Part shown: piece by piece, positions 38,669-51,694 of the stretch
Layout: every line of letters starts with the position of its first letter
How positions within the stretch are numbered: position 1 is the first letter of the stretch
Origin: Spizellomyces punctatus DAOM BR117
Taxonomy: Eukaryota
Length of the DNA: 64,000 bases
Strand: one strand, 5' to 3'
NCBI GenBank assembly: GCA_000182565.2
Contig: KQ257455.1
The notes under the pieces: model-generated
The model's database searches: none
What the model saw: the letters and a program-made list of their open reading frames with translations, nothing else
What the model was told of the DNA's origin: nothing
Program-made: the position numbers and the translations under genes

Positions 38669-39511
38669 ATGGCCCGTCGCAAATCCAAGAAACCGCCTCT
38701 CCCTATCCCTCTCCGCCCTTCCGCAGTTCCTACAAGCAATGCAAGTCTCGCAACCACCACAACCACCCCAACGACCCCACATCCACCCCCAAAACGCCCA
38801 AAACTCTCGACCCAAAAACTCATTTCCACCTACCACACGCTCAACAAACGCCTCTCACACGCCCTCACAACCAACAACATGGCACTCGCGACATTAATCC
38901 GTACAGAAATGTCTGCATTGGGGGGATTGAATGCCTACCAACGAGCCTCCTTAAAGGGCGGTTCAGAACGACAAGGCCTAGGCGCCAGTGGAACGTGGCT
39001 CGTTTCTCATTTACCTCGCACACCCATGACGTTATTGGATATTGGTGCCGTATCTGGCACAACGTATGCGAAATACTCGTTTATTACTCCAACGTATATT
39101 GACCTCCACCCCCAACACCCCAACATCCTTCAACAAGATTTCATGGCACGACCTATCCCACCCCCTGAATCCCGGTTCGATATCCTGTGTTTATCCCTTG
39201 TATTGAATTTTGTTCCCTCCCCGCGAGACCGTGGTGCACTCCTTGTTCGTACTCGAGAGCATACAACTGAGAATGGGTTACTCTATATTGTTTTACCGAG
39301 TCCGTGTGTTTTGAATTCACGGTATATGACGCATGAGCGGTTTATTGAGGTGTTGAGGTGTGTTGGATTTGGGATTGTTGAGTTCAAGTTTGCGAAACGG
39401 GTTGCGTTTTATTTGTTTAGGAGGTGTGGTGGGGGTGTCAAGGGGATTGGGAAAATAGAGTGTGCTCCTGGGAAGGGGAGGAATAATTTTTGTGTTGTTG
39501 TTGATGGGTGA
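38669..39511 (+). CDS. BMT2: 25S rRNA adenine-N1 methyltransferase Bmt2-like
   Basis: LISTYHTLNK, LGGLNAYQRAS, LLDIGA, IDLHPQ...ILQQDFM, LSLVLNFVP, LPSPCVLNSRY and RNNFCVV. Confidence 0.9.
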   Translation: MARRKSKKPPLPIPLRPSAVPTSNASLATTTTTPTTPHPPPKRPKLSTQKLISTYHTLNKRLSHALTTNNMALATLIRTEMSALGGLNAYQRASLKGGSERQGLGASGTWLVSHLPRTPMTLLDIGAVSGTTYAKYSFITPTYIDLHPQHPNILQQDFMARPIPPPESRFDILCLSLVLNFVPSPRDRGALLVRTREHTTENGLLYIVLPSPCVLNSRYMTHERFIEVLRCVGFGIVEFKFAKRVAFYLFRRCGGGVKGIGKIECAPGKGRNNFCVVVDG

Positions 39512-39984
39512 TGTTAGTGTGATGGAAATGTGTGTTTTGTGGGTGTAGGAAGGGGAGGGGTATGTATGGTGTCCGTTGCGAGACTGGTTTTTTTTTGTAT
39601 TATATGTAAATGTTTAGATGTCTCCATTGGGGTAGTCACTCCAACACTTTTTACAAATGAGAATGGAATGGAAATACGCATTATTCATGAATGACCCATT
39701 TTAAACACTTGAATACGTTTTGAGCAGGTGTGTTCAAGTCTTTGTGGGTGCGTTTGGGGTAGATGATCAGCGGCATGCAAGTATGATGTATTTATCTGAC
39801 GGGACACTTATTCGAGTTGTGAATTGGTGTGCATTGGGTTTGGTATTTTGGGTATGGCCGGTGGTGGTGAGTGTAAGTTAAGTAGAGTACGCATCGTAAA
39901 AGAGTGGAAAGTTTCCTTTTCAAGACAAGGCTCATCAAAAATAACGATATTCCAAAAGTCCATATTAAACAAACGTGCAAAAGT

Positions 39985-41094
39985 CTACTTTGTCTCCTCC
40001 CCAAACCCATCAAAAACATCCACACCCCAAAAACTTTTAGGATCCACAAACCTCTTCCTAGTCGTAACACTCTCAATCCTTTTCAAATCCTCATTATCCA
40101 AAACCGCAATATCCAAATTCGATTTTATACGTTTAGGGTTAACAGATTTCGGAATAACCGCCGTCCCACGTTGAACTGCCCATCCAACCAGAACCTGCCC
40201 TGGATCTTTTGCATGTTTTTTAGCAATTTCCGTTATAGTTGAATCCGATAATAACGAAGGGGATCCACCGCTTCCGAGGGGTGAATAGGCTGTTAAGAGG
40301 ATGTTATGCTTTTTGGTAAAAGCGAGCAAAGAGGGTTGGGGGAGGTATGGGTGGAGTTCTACTTGGTTGACGGCTGGGATGATGCTTGTTGAGGATAAAA
40401 GACGTTCCAAGTGGGGGATATCGAAATTGGAGACGCCGATGGCTTTGACTTTGCCCGTTTGGACCAATTTCTACAAAAAATGAAAATATACTCTTTAGCA
40501 CCCGCATCATTTCCCTTATGAACTTTAAAAAAACGATTACCTCCATGGCCTTCCACGTCTCAACATAATCCACATCAACAACCTCACTCGTCCCAGGTTT
40601 AAAAGCCACAGGCCAATGCATCAAATACAAATCCAAATACTCGAGTCCCAAATTATTCAACGTCTCATTTAATCCTTTTTCAACATCCTTTGGATCGTGG
40701 AAGGTGTTCCAGAGTTTGGAAGTGTAGAAAAGGTCGGATCTTTTAATGGTTTTGGAGGAAAAGAGTTTTGAGAGGGTTTCTCCAATTTCCTTTTCGTTTT
40801 CGTCTATTTTTCGTAGGTTTATTTTTTTGTTAATGCTCCCTCTTTTATTTTGCGTATGTGATGTTTTATTGAATAATAAACTTACATGCATACGCTCCAT
40901 CAATATGTCTATACCCAGCTTCAATAGCCGCTTTAACTGCTTCACCCACTTGACCCGGTTCCGATTTCCCTAAAAAAAAAAACAACAAAATCAATTTCAT
41001 GCATGTTCATAGACATTACTTTCTATTAGGACATACAGGTTCCGAGTCCAATGGCAGGAATCTTTGCACCCGTGTTCAACGTAAATACCGTCAT
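39985..41094 (-). CDS. Aldo/keto reductase, multi-exon
   Basis: MTVFTLNTGAKIPAIGLGT, GYRHIDGA, FYTSKLWNTFH, YLDLYLMHWP, KAIGVSNF, NQVELHPY, AYSPLGS and VIPKSV. Confidence 0.96.
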
Positions 41095-42212
41095 GTTTTA
41101 AACTAAAAGTTAAATGGTATGATGAGGAGAGGGTGTGTGATTGGGGGACGGTTTTTTATAGTGGTGAGATGTGATGGGCTTTTTACGTCATTTTGGATTT
41201 TGCTTATCGATTTTGGGTATTTGTGGGATTTCCAAAAAAATGGGGAGATATTAGCAAGGTGGTAACGCGAAGGGATTGCGTGATTGATGATGATCGGTGA
41301 TGTGGGTGAATTATTCCTTTTACTTTCGCCGCCGTCCGCCGTCCGCCTTTCCGCCGTCAAATGATCTTTATTTGGGGGGGAGATTAGAGGCTTGGTCTGT
41401 TTTGGTGTCCTTTGGTGCCGGGCATCTTGCCTGATGTCCACTAGACATGAAATCCAACTACACAAACCGCAAACGATAATTTAGTTTCTGGTTTTACATC
41501 GTAAGAGAGTGCATTATAGGTTATACTCGGTGCATACCCACAACACTAGTAGATTTGTCATCACGATTTGATTCGATTCAACTTGAACAACTATCATCTC
41601 TTTTGTATTTGAGGTACTGTAGTTGTTACGTTTATGTGTTATTTTTGTAGAGTATGGCAGTATGGCTTTGAAAAAAGTATGTATCATATAGCTCACATTG
41701 GTTTCAAACATTGGAATTTCGACATGCCAGACAAGAGGGTATACAAAATGAACGATCAACTTCTGCATCTTTTATGCGGGTATGATGACGGCCAATATTT
41801 GATCGCTGGCGTATTGGAACTAGGGGACATGTATAGATTTAAAAGACAACCAAATTGTAGGAAAAGCAATCTGCATCATAATGAAAATACTGTAAAGAGC
41901 AAAAATGGTGGAAATCCAAGGTACACCCTCCATCCCATTTCATGCCCACACACAAAAAAAGAATTGAATTTTCGATATCAATCTTGTATCATAAATTCCA
42001 CAAACAAAAAAAATCCCCGAACGAAAAGCGGAGTTACGTAACAACCCGCAAGCCACTCACCCAACTACACTTGCACCATACCCACATCACTTAACAAAAC
42101 CAAAAAAGATACCTTTTGGAAAAAAAACAACGATATACTTGTTCCACTCACCATCTCCCCCCACCCACACCAAAACCCACAAACACATACAAAATAAACG
42201 AAAATACCCCAT

Positions 42213-43161
42213 ATGCGCTCACCCACTCAAGTTCCCATCCCAATTCCCACTCGCAGCGGAGGATACTTTGCTCCTCGAGGTTCCTCTCCTCCCAAAGCAG
42301 GAGCATTCAAGGACCGGATTACGGAGATGCATGCTGTGGGTGTACGCAAGGGGGATCCGTTTGCTTCTGGGCGGGTGGACAAGGAAGTTACAAGTACGTT
42401 GAAAAAACATAAAGTGTTTTTTTTTTTTTTTTGCAAAGAATTTGTTATAATGAACTTTTAAAAGGTTTTCGAAAACTCTATGACCGAGGAGATTTTCCAA
42501 TCGCAGTCAACCACGACGCCAAAGGCAACAAAATCAACTGGAAAGTCGATATCGAAAAACTAGATTACCATCACTACCTCCCTCTGTTTTTTTCTGGGTT
42601 ATGCGAAACGGAGGAACCCTATGCGTTTTTGGCTAGACAGGGGATTCATGATTTGCTTGATAAAGGGGGAATCAAGATTTTACCTGTTGTTCCGCAATTG
42701 ATTATTCCAATCAAGAGTATGTTATTTTACGAGTATGTTGATTTGTTGTTTTGTAAACTAAATGTTTTGGTTTTTTTTTTTTCTTTTGTAGAGGCGTTGA
42801 ATACTCGTAATATCCACGTTATCACAACGACACTCAAAGTCCTTCAACATTTGGTTGAATCGGCGGATATGGTCGGAGAAGCCCTCGTCCCATACTATCG
42901 ACAAATCCTCCCCGTCTTTAATCTATTCAAAAACAGGAATGGTAAATGAAACTTTATGTTTTATACAAATTCGTTTTTTAACTTACAATTTGTTAAGTCA
43001 ACCTCGGCGATGGCATTTACTATTCCCAACAAAAACGGGAAAACATTGGAGACCTCATTCAAGAGACGCTCGAAAAGTTTGAATTGACCGGTGGAGAGGA
43101 TGCGTTCATTAATATCAAGTACATGGTGCCGACGTATGAAAGCGTCTTGTCGAGAGTGTGA
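42213..43161 (+). CDS. PACRG: Parkin co-regulated protein (axonemal inner-junction protein)
   Basis: [60 protein letters not shown] and [18 protein letters not shown]. Confidence 0.97.
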
Positions 43162-43539
43162 TATGTGTGTGTGTGTGTGCGTTTTTCTCTAATTCTTTTT
43201 TTTTGCCAAAAAAAAAATATAAAAATACAATTTGTTGATCGTTACGGTATGTCACTGTACGAAAAACCCGGCTTTGGACAAACTGAATGTGCTACACACA
43301 CAAAAGTACACTATACCATGTAATTCATAAGAGACAAACAAACAAAAAACCCCCTCTTCAAGAAACATAGACAAAACAGTAGCAGCTCTGCATACGTGAC
43401 ATCCCCGTCTTTTCTAAAAACCCCCTTCAACAATATCGGCAAACATCTTCGGCGGGGAGCAAATCAGAGACAAACTACTTTTTCGCGACAAATAAACGTG
43501 GCACTTTTTTAAAAAAAACCCCTTCCCAGAAAATCTTTA

Positions 43540-44474
43540 CTAACACGCACAACCACCGGGCTGCGCATTCCGACCGCCAGGTCCAGCGTTCAAGTCCACT
43601 CGACCTCCGGCGGCTGCTCCACTTCCACTTGCTGCTCCACCAGCACGACCTCGAGACGCCAAAAGTTGGTCCAATGGAATCTTCTTGGCTGTTTTTGACA
43701 AAAAACCAAATGTACGATTAGTTTTTCAGATTTCATGTAAAGGCAAAGCTACAGTCCTTACCAATTTCTGTGAATACATCCATAACATTGTCTCCAGTCT
43801 TTGCAGAGGCCTCAGAAAAGAGCAAACCAGCTTCCGTAGCGTATGCTTGCGCCTCTTCCCTTGGAACGCCTCGGGCCGTGGCCTCCAGGTCCAACTTGTT
43901 GCCAACAAGCGCAATGACAATGTTTGGGTTGGCTTGGCGTTGAAGCTCCTTTACCCAGGATTTTGCCTTGTCGAGGGAGGCCTGCAATTAAGAATACGCG
44001 TTACACCATGTACAGATAAAAACATGATGGAAAAAGCCCATCCGCAGCACTTGCCGTGCCTCCGGGCCCACATTCCAGCTCAAATATCCAACGAATCAAT
44101 AAACGCTTGCTTACCGGCTTTGTAATATCGTAAACAACCACCGCAGCCTGCGCATTCCTGTAGTACATGGGAGCCAAGGAATGGAACCTCTCCTGTCCGG
44201 CCGTATCCCAAATTTCGTACTTTATAATCTTATCGTCCAACTTGCACTTTTGAGTCAAAAACGCCGCACCAATCGTCGGCTCCTTGTTCTCTTGAAATTC
44301 ATTGTTGACAAATCGAAGGACGAGGGAAGACTTTCCAACGGCGGCTTCACCGAGGAGAACGAGTTTAACTTGAATGGGCTTTAGGTTTGCAGCATTTTGT
44401 GCGTCCCCTCCCGCCGAGGTGGCAGAGTTGTTAAGGGAGGCGGCGGCGTCTCGTGCGCTTGGTCTAGCTGCCAT
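43540..44474 (-). CDS. Rab5-family GTPase (Ypt5/Vps21-like), 3 exons
   Basis: [50 protein letters not shown] and C-terminal GGCAC prenylation motif. Confidence 0.97.
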
Positions 44475-45018
44475 CGTTTTTGTAGGAAAGAGTGAGGAGA
44501 CTCGAGAGACTTGTGCGGAGGTTTAGAAAACCCGAAATGTGAATAACGTTGCAGAGACGGCTAGTGTCAACGGCGCGGCAATAGAAAGGCGACTGTCAAT
44601 AAAGTAACTCAAGTCGTCAGGAACCGTTTAAACTTCTGTGACTGTACTGGACGGAATGAGGGTTCTGCACGTACCACGCTTGGTCGAGAGAGAAACGGTA
44701 TGCAATGTATATCGTGCCAAAGGATGGAGCTGACACAGTACAGTTATCACCACGTTAACCTGATGAAATGTTTGTTCGTTGAAAGGAATCCCAAAAAAAC
44801 ACAAAATGTAAAATCAAGAAAGTTGCTGTTTCACTTGAGGAAAACACACTTCCCTTGGCAGATTGTGTCATTCGCCCCCCCAAACTGCGCCTTGCGCTTT
44901 TCCGAGGCGTTTCCGTCTGGCTTATCACAGCAACACGAGGTGTCATGTGAGATGACTCATGCAGCATTCGCTCACTCGCCTCCCTCCGGCCAGGTTGACT
45001 GGTTGTAGATTGAAAGAC

Positions 45019-48000
45019 ATGTCTTTGGCGGCAGACTTTGCGTCAAGGGTCTTGCATGCAATCACATCGGGGGAGATACGTAATGAGACTGGGATAAATA
45101 TCTCGAACGGAAAGGCGACCTCCATCTCTCGGGGTACACTCCAACATGTGTCTCATACTCTGGAAAGGAGCATCGCGGACGCAAAGGTGAGAGGAAATGC
45201 GTGTAAGAAGGATATAGATTTCCTTTATGTCACTCACGATGCCATTTAGTACCAAATAGAAACCCATCTTGTCTCAAACTTTGACACGCTGCGACAACGT
45301 GTAGAGGAAGCCGCGGCGGTTGAACGCGAAGCTCGTGACATTTCCGACATTCTGAGCACCCTTACACACCGCATTGAGGATCCAAATGTGAGCGAGTGGG
45401 TTATTACTCAGATCCTAACTATTGTTGTTTCAACTACTCACGTTGTTTGTAGGATGGATTGTGTGCTCAGCTGGAGGAAACGTTGAAGGAGCGGGAAAAT
45501 GCGACCGTTGAGCTTGATACAATCGATTTGCAAATCAGGGTTTTAAAAACTATCATGGAGGTGTGAACGCTGTTTCCGTTGTCCTACTCGTGACATTTCA
45601 TACTCATTTTGAACGAATCACAGATCTCGGCTCGCATGACAGAGTGCGAAGAATCTCTCGCAGCAGCCGACTACCCGGCGGCATTGAGAGCCGCCTCGGA
45701 AATGGTACTCTACTATTTCTGAATGCCTTTTTTTTGGCAAAGCGGCTGATTCCAGCGATCTAGGGTAGACTTGTCAGCCAACTACCGCCCTGGGAGAATG
45801 TGGCTATATTCTCGCACCTTTCTGTAGGTCATGGGGTGTTCAATATGGGTACCGGGACAGCTGCTCTAATGCTTTACCGCTTTCTTGGTGTGAAAGGAGC
45901 GCAGTTCCAGTATTCAAGAAGACGTGCAGGGCCGGTTGGAATACATCGTATCACAGGGCATGTCTGTTGAAATTATGGATTCGAGTTCAGTGCAAATCAA
46001 AATCCAGCTGTCTGTTTCCGGTGAGCATACAGGTATTGTGGTTTCATGAGCGAATGTGGTCCGCTTAGTATAGTGTTATCGTCATAGCACCTGGTCTCGG
46101 TCCGCAACCCGTCGCGTTAAGCACGGCACTGTCTGCTATCTACGCGGAGAACTTGGAGTCACACTATCTGAGACCCTTTCTGAGAATGTTGTACAAGCAT
46201 GTCATTGATCCACTTGCGCGAGATCCGCGATGGTCATTGGTAGAGCCATCCTCGCAGGACCGAGATGGCACGTTGACGTTGCAGGTCCAGATGGCTCAGG
46301 CAAGCCCTTTTTTAAAATGGACTGACTTGCCTCCAGGTACGAATCTTTCAGAGAGCATAAGAGGTAGTGATGATGCTCACATCAAATTGGCCTACAGGAT
46401 CAATTTACAAAGGGCTAAAGCAAGTCCTTACCTTTCTTGAGCATGCCCTCAACCAATCAAATAGCGAGAACTCTCGCCCAATGTTTCGATTATTGGGGGA
46501 ACTGTTTTGGACCCAGTTGTCGACAACCATAATTGCAGAATACCTTGAACGTGCCGTTCCGGATGAAGCGGATGGACTTGCAGCCTTTGCAGACGTTACA
46601 CGGGAATCCGAAGCCTTTGAAGATTGGCTCGTTGCGAACGGTGAGGGGGTTGTGTGATTGGCTTGGCCACTCTATGAGGCTGTGCTCATGCAAAAGATCA
46701 TACCTAGAATTGATATCTGACGGCAACAAGGTTCTGACCGAGTACTGCAAAAACTCTGATGTACACTTTGCGAACAAGAAGCATTTGAAATTAATACAAG
46801 CGGCTCGTGAGATCATTATGAAAACGGACTATTCTACGGTCATGCTTGCAGAATCCAAGCCACTACCTCTTCCTACGTTGATATCATTACCGGAGGGTGA
46901 AGCGAATATGGAATCGATTGAGATTGGCGATGAAATTGAGGATTTATTTTCGTTTCCCTCGTGTGCTATCAGCACTAAAGCACAGCAGTTGCTGCAACTG
47001 GTGATTACTACGCTTTCCGACGCTGCAAAGCTGACTCCTTACTGGTATGAGCCATATTTGGTTGGTATAGTACACTCTATCCCAAAGCCTTAACCCGATC
47101 GGTATAGCGCGAAACGGATGGTTTTGTCAACGCGGGACATGTTTGACCTTTTTCGCGCGATGGTTCCTGTTTATGATGGGTCGAAATTGGATTCCATCCC
47201 GCAGCTCTCCATGGTATTTTACAATGACTGCATGTATCTGGCCCATGAGTGTATGACGCTGGGATGGCGGTACCGCGAAATGTTGGGAGGAGGAAGTGAA
47301 ATAACGTTTATTGATATGGTGGCACCATTCCGGAGCTTGGGGGACAAGTATTACAATGTGCAGATGGTGAGTATCGTAGAAAATGGCCTTAAGAGTATCC
47401 TTGTTTGTCCGATGACTGAATATTCTTTGCCATTTAGGAAATACAACGAAAAAACTTGCTTGACTGTATTGAAAGTGCAGGCGGTTTTGATGTGTTGGCT
47501 GAGAGACGGCACGAGATTGTTGAGCGGGCAATTAAACAAGTATTGTACCAGTTAACCCATCTGTCCAAGGTTTGGAAGGTATGGAAATCTTTCACAGCAC
47601 GCAGTGTAGTTGTCCATGACTGACATGTGACCATAGCCTGTGCTATCACCGTCCATTTACCTGCTGGCCATGGGAAGTCTCATAGACTTTACAATGGACC
47701 GCATCATCACCGAAATCAAGTATCTAATCGATATTGCCGAAGAAGAGTCGCATAAACTCAACCAGCTCTTGACAAAATTCCACACTTCGATCCTCCCCCT
47801 TCTCTCGCATGATTCCATCCCATCTGACAAAATACCAACGCTGGCCGGTCATTGTATTTCTCAATACGAAAAGTTTATTCAGGTGACGGATATTCTCGAC
47901 CTCTCGTTTGCGGATATCATGGATAGATTTAGGGATGGACGATTGAAGGTACTTGAAAAAGAGGAGCTGACTGGATTGGTCAAAGCGTTGTTTGCCGATA

Positions 48001-48056
48001 CGCCTTTGAGAGTCAAGAATTTAGAAGAGATTGTACGAGGGTATCCTGATGGGTGA
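45019..48056 (+). CDS. ZW10: Centromere/kinetochore protein ZW10 (Dsl1/NRZ complex), multi-exon
   Basis: YLERAVP, YCKNSDVHFANKK, FSFPSCAIS, IPQLSMVFYNDCMYLAH, DIAEEES and ELTGLVKALFADTPLR. Confidence 0.9.
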
Positions 48057-48373
48057 TGAATAGGCTTCATCTATGTATTTATCTGTTGCTGTCCTTTTAT
48101 TTAGTTCTGTCTGATATATATTTTGTATTGCATGAAGATGATAATTGATAAAGCAAATCGGCCGATCGCGTTGTGATGACAGTGTGGCTTGCGCAGCAGC
48201 CGCGTGCGGACATGAAGGATGACGCAATGCATTTCGTCCCGTCACAGCTCTCTTTTTGCCTTTCAGTTTCTTTGTTTTTTAAACTGAACCTTTTAACCTC
48301 ATTCCCCCCCATCCAAAACGTACGCACGCATCGTACATTCAAAAGATTTCAATTTTCTCCCTCTCATAGGAAA

Positions 48374-50990
48374 ATGACCATCAATTCATCGTCTGCAGCA
48401 ACACATCGACCTGAACAAGGCCGGCCGTACCCCGTCTCGACGTACCGTGTACAGCTCAGAAAAGAGTTTGGGTTTGCGGATGCGGAGGGTATTGTACAGT
48501 ATTTGAAGGATCTGGGTGTTACGCATTTATATTGTTCGCCTTACTTGCAGGTAAGTTTTGTTGTTTAGTAGAACTTTGAGCGCTCTCTCACTTTTGACAT
48601 GTAGGCCACCCCTGGATCTGCCCATGGATATGATGTCGTGAACCACAGTGTGATCAACAAGGAACTCGGCGGCGAAAAGGTATCCCTGTGTTAATCCATA
48701 CAAAAAAATTCAACATAATTTTAACCCACGTACTTAGGGCTTTGATAATCTCATCAAGAAGCTACACGCTAACAACCTCCGGGCGATCGCAGATATCGTG
48801 CCCAACCATGTCTCTGTCGCCGATCCAGAGAATCTCAATCCATACTGGTGGGATACTCTAAAGCACGGAAGGGATTCACGTTATGCCAGCTGGTTCGACA
48901 TTGAGTGGGATCATCCCCAGTTGAAGGGAAAGGTCTTGCTACCGGTCCTGGGTGGACCTGTTGAAGAGATTATTAGCCGGGGCGAGCTCAAGGTGGAACA
49001 TGAAGATGGTGAACCGGTCCTCAGTTACTGGTCCCATGTGTTTCCGATAAAACCTGGAACAGAGGCGCTAAAGGATGACATTGCCAAACTGGTTGAGGCA
49101 CAGAATTACAAACTGGCGTTTTGGCGGGTCACATTAGACGGAACATTAAACTACCGACGGTTTTTCGATGTCACGACTTTGGCAGGAATTCGAGTGGAAG
49201 ACAAAACTGTATTTGATGAAACACATGCCATATTCGTTAAACAAATCCGGGATGGTGCTTTGGACGGATTGAGAGTGGATCATCCAGATGGACTAGCAGA
49301 TCCTCAGGAATACGTTGAGAGATTAGCGGAGAGCACAGGAGGCTCATGGATTGTCATTGAAAAGATTCTGGAAGAAGGGGAGGAATTGCCAGCTTCGTGG
49401 CCTTGTGCTGGAACGAGCGGATATGACTCGTTGATTCGAATTACCGGGCTGCTAGTGGATAAGAAGGGAGAATCACCCTTGACAGATGCATACCACAAGT
49501 TTACCGGGTTGACCAAGGATTTCAAAACAGTTGTGAACGAGTCCAAGCATTTCATTTTGGAAAAGTCGCTAGTAGCCGAAGTAGAGCGGTTGGTATCGCT
49601 CTTGATGATAATTCAGAAAGAGGACCAGCAGGCACATGATTTGAAGCGAGACTCTATCCGTGCGGCATTGGTAGAATTCTTGGCAGCGTTTGACGTGTAC
49701 AGAGCATACATTCAACCCGGAAAACCAATCCCAAAAGAATCTCTTGTACATCTCGCGTACGCTGACGAGACTGCTAAAAAGGCTTTCAAAGGGCTGCGGG
49801 ATGCCGAGGTAGAGTTTATTGTACGGGCGGCTGCGTACAAGTCCGGTACCTCCCCTGCAGCGAAAGAATTTGTGAGCCGACTGCAACAGACTTGTGGACC
49901 GGTTATGGCCAAGGGAATTGAAGACACGGCGTTTTACCGCTACTTTCGGCTGACGGCTTTGAACGAAGTAGGAGGCGATCCTGGCAATTTTGGTAAATCT
50001 CCCAAAGAATTTCACGAAGCCTGCCTCTCCATGCAGTCCAACTGGCCCCTTTCAATGACGACGCTCTCTACTCACGACACGAAGCGTTCGGAAGACGTTC
50101 GTGCGCGTTTAGCCGTCCTGTCGGAAATCCCACAAGAATGGTCTGAACGCGTTCAGCAGTGGTCCTCTCGTGCAGAGGCATTAGGTCTTCGCAAAGGCCC
50201 TACACTCCCCGACAAAAACACGGAATACCTCTTTTGGCAATCACTAGTTGGAACATTCCCAATCAGCAAGGACCGGTTGGTAGCCTACATGGACAAAGCC
50301 ATCCGAGAAGGGAAAGTTTACACATCGCATACGGATGCTGTAAAGGAATTTGATGATGCTGTAAAGAATTTTGTAGAGGGTGTATTGGACAACAAAGACT
50401 TGTTGGCGGACGTGGAGAAATTCGTCACGAGAATACAAGATTACGGACGCCTCAATGGACTGACCCAAAAAGCTATCCAGCTCACCATGCCCGGCATTCC
50501 GGATGTATACCAAGGCTGCGAAATTGAAGATTACAGCCTTGTTGACCCAGATAACCGCCGACCCGTTGACTTTGCCAACCGGCGCAACCTTCTTACCAAG
50601 CTTGACCACCAAAATACTCCCCCAAAAGTTGATTCGGTTGGATCAGCAAAATTGTACCTTGTCTCCAGACTCCTCCGGCTGAGAAGAGAGCACCCTAGTT
50701 GGTTCGTAGGTGAAGAAGCGACGTACGAGCCTTTACAGGTTAATGGGCCCAAAGTGGACAACGTAATTGCCTTTGGACGGTCAGGGAGGGTAATTACCGT
50801 TGCTCCTAGATTATGGGTCAGCATCAAGGAAGGCGGTGGATGGCAAGGAACGACAGTACGGTTGCCAGAGGGGCAGTGGAGGGATGTATTTAGTGGGAAA
50901 GTAAGAAAGGGCGGCGAGCTAGAGGTTGAGAGTCTGATTGAAGAGTTCCCCATCGCTGTGTTGGTTAGAGAAGGTCTGAACGAAGAGTAG
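48374..50990 (+). CDS. treY: Maltooligosyl-trehalose synthase (GH13, TreY). Exons 48374-48550, 48605-48679, 48738-50990
   Basis: PVSTYRVQL, LYCSPYLQ|ATPGSAHGYDVV, DIVPNH, WWDTLKHG...FDIEW, NYRRFFDV, catalytic GLRVDHPDGL, IEKIL and STHDTKRSED, GPVMAKGIEDTAFYR and LVDPDNRRPVD. Two GT-AG introns splice in frame. Confidence 0.95.
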
Positions 50991-51016
50991 ATAGCTTGGC
51001 AGAAAACACATTTTCA

Positions 51017-51694
51017 CTAGTCCTCCTCTTTCATTTCGTACACAATACTTTCTTGAGAATTATCAGAGTTATCCCGCTTTATTTGCCCCAATGAGTTTTC
51101 CACTTCGGTCAACAACAACGACACTCTTTTCGCTGCTAGTTCCAAATCCTTTTCTTCTCCTGCGAGACTGGCACGATAGGGAATGGATCGACCCGCTGCA
51201 GCCAAAATGCCAGACTTTGAAAGATGTCGAAAGATGCGCCGAAGATAGGATTGGATTTCCTAAAGAAGTCATGGTACTCCAGTCAGATAACCCGACCTCT
51301 AATTCCCTGGAAAACGTCGCTACGTACGTTTAAGGTTTGTACATAAACCTGAAAGCTTTCCGCAAACTTTTCCTCCGCCTCTTCACCGTCCGCTTCATTC
51401 GCTAGTTGTGCTACGGCCTCACTTGCAGATGTCAACAGTAGAACAACCCTCTGCAACAAAAACCGAAAACGCGTGAGGGGTACAACGAAGCGAGGATCAA
51501 AAGGCCATTGAGCAGTGTACAATTCGTTGCCCCACTGAGGAGTGTTAGGCTCATACCTTTTCAACAGCAGATAGTGTTCGCAACAATTGTTCATTTTCCA
51601 ATTGTGCCTGCAACACCGCATTGGTCTGTTGCTGGCTTTCCGGGTGGGGAGTACTGTGGCCGGACGAGATGGAATCGTCAAGTTCCTCTTCCAT
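51017..51694 (-). CDS. MED11: Mediator subunit Med11-like, 3 exons
   Basis: LRTLSAVEK|RVVLLLTSASEAVAQL...FQVYVQTLN, then a final exon with IQSYLRRIFRHL. Size and helical pattern fit Med11. Confidence 0.65.

Noticed and set aside
42033-42045. RFX X-box-like motif upstream of PACRG (gttacgtaacaac)
   Set aside because: Weak match, and no equivalent was seen upstream of DNAI1.
41480-42050. ORFs of 84-135 aa between the AKR gene and PACRG
   Set aside because: No recognisable motifs or consistent splice structure. Treated as intergenic.
48374-50990. treY as bacterial contamination
   Set aside because: It has two in-frame spliceosomal introns and is gap-free with the eukaryotic ZW10 and MED11 genes.
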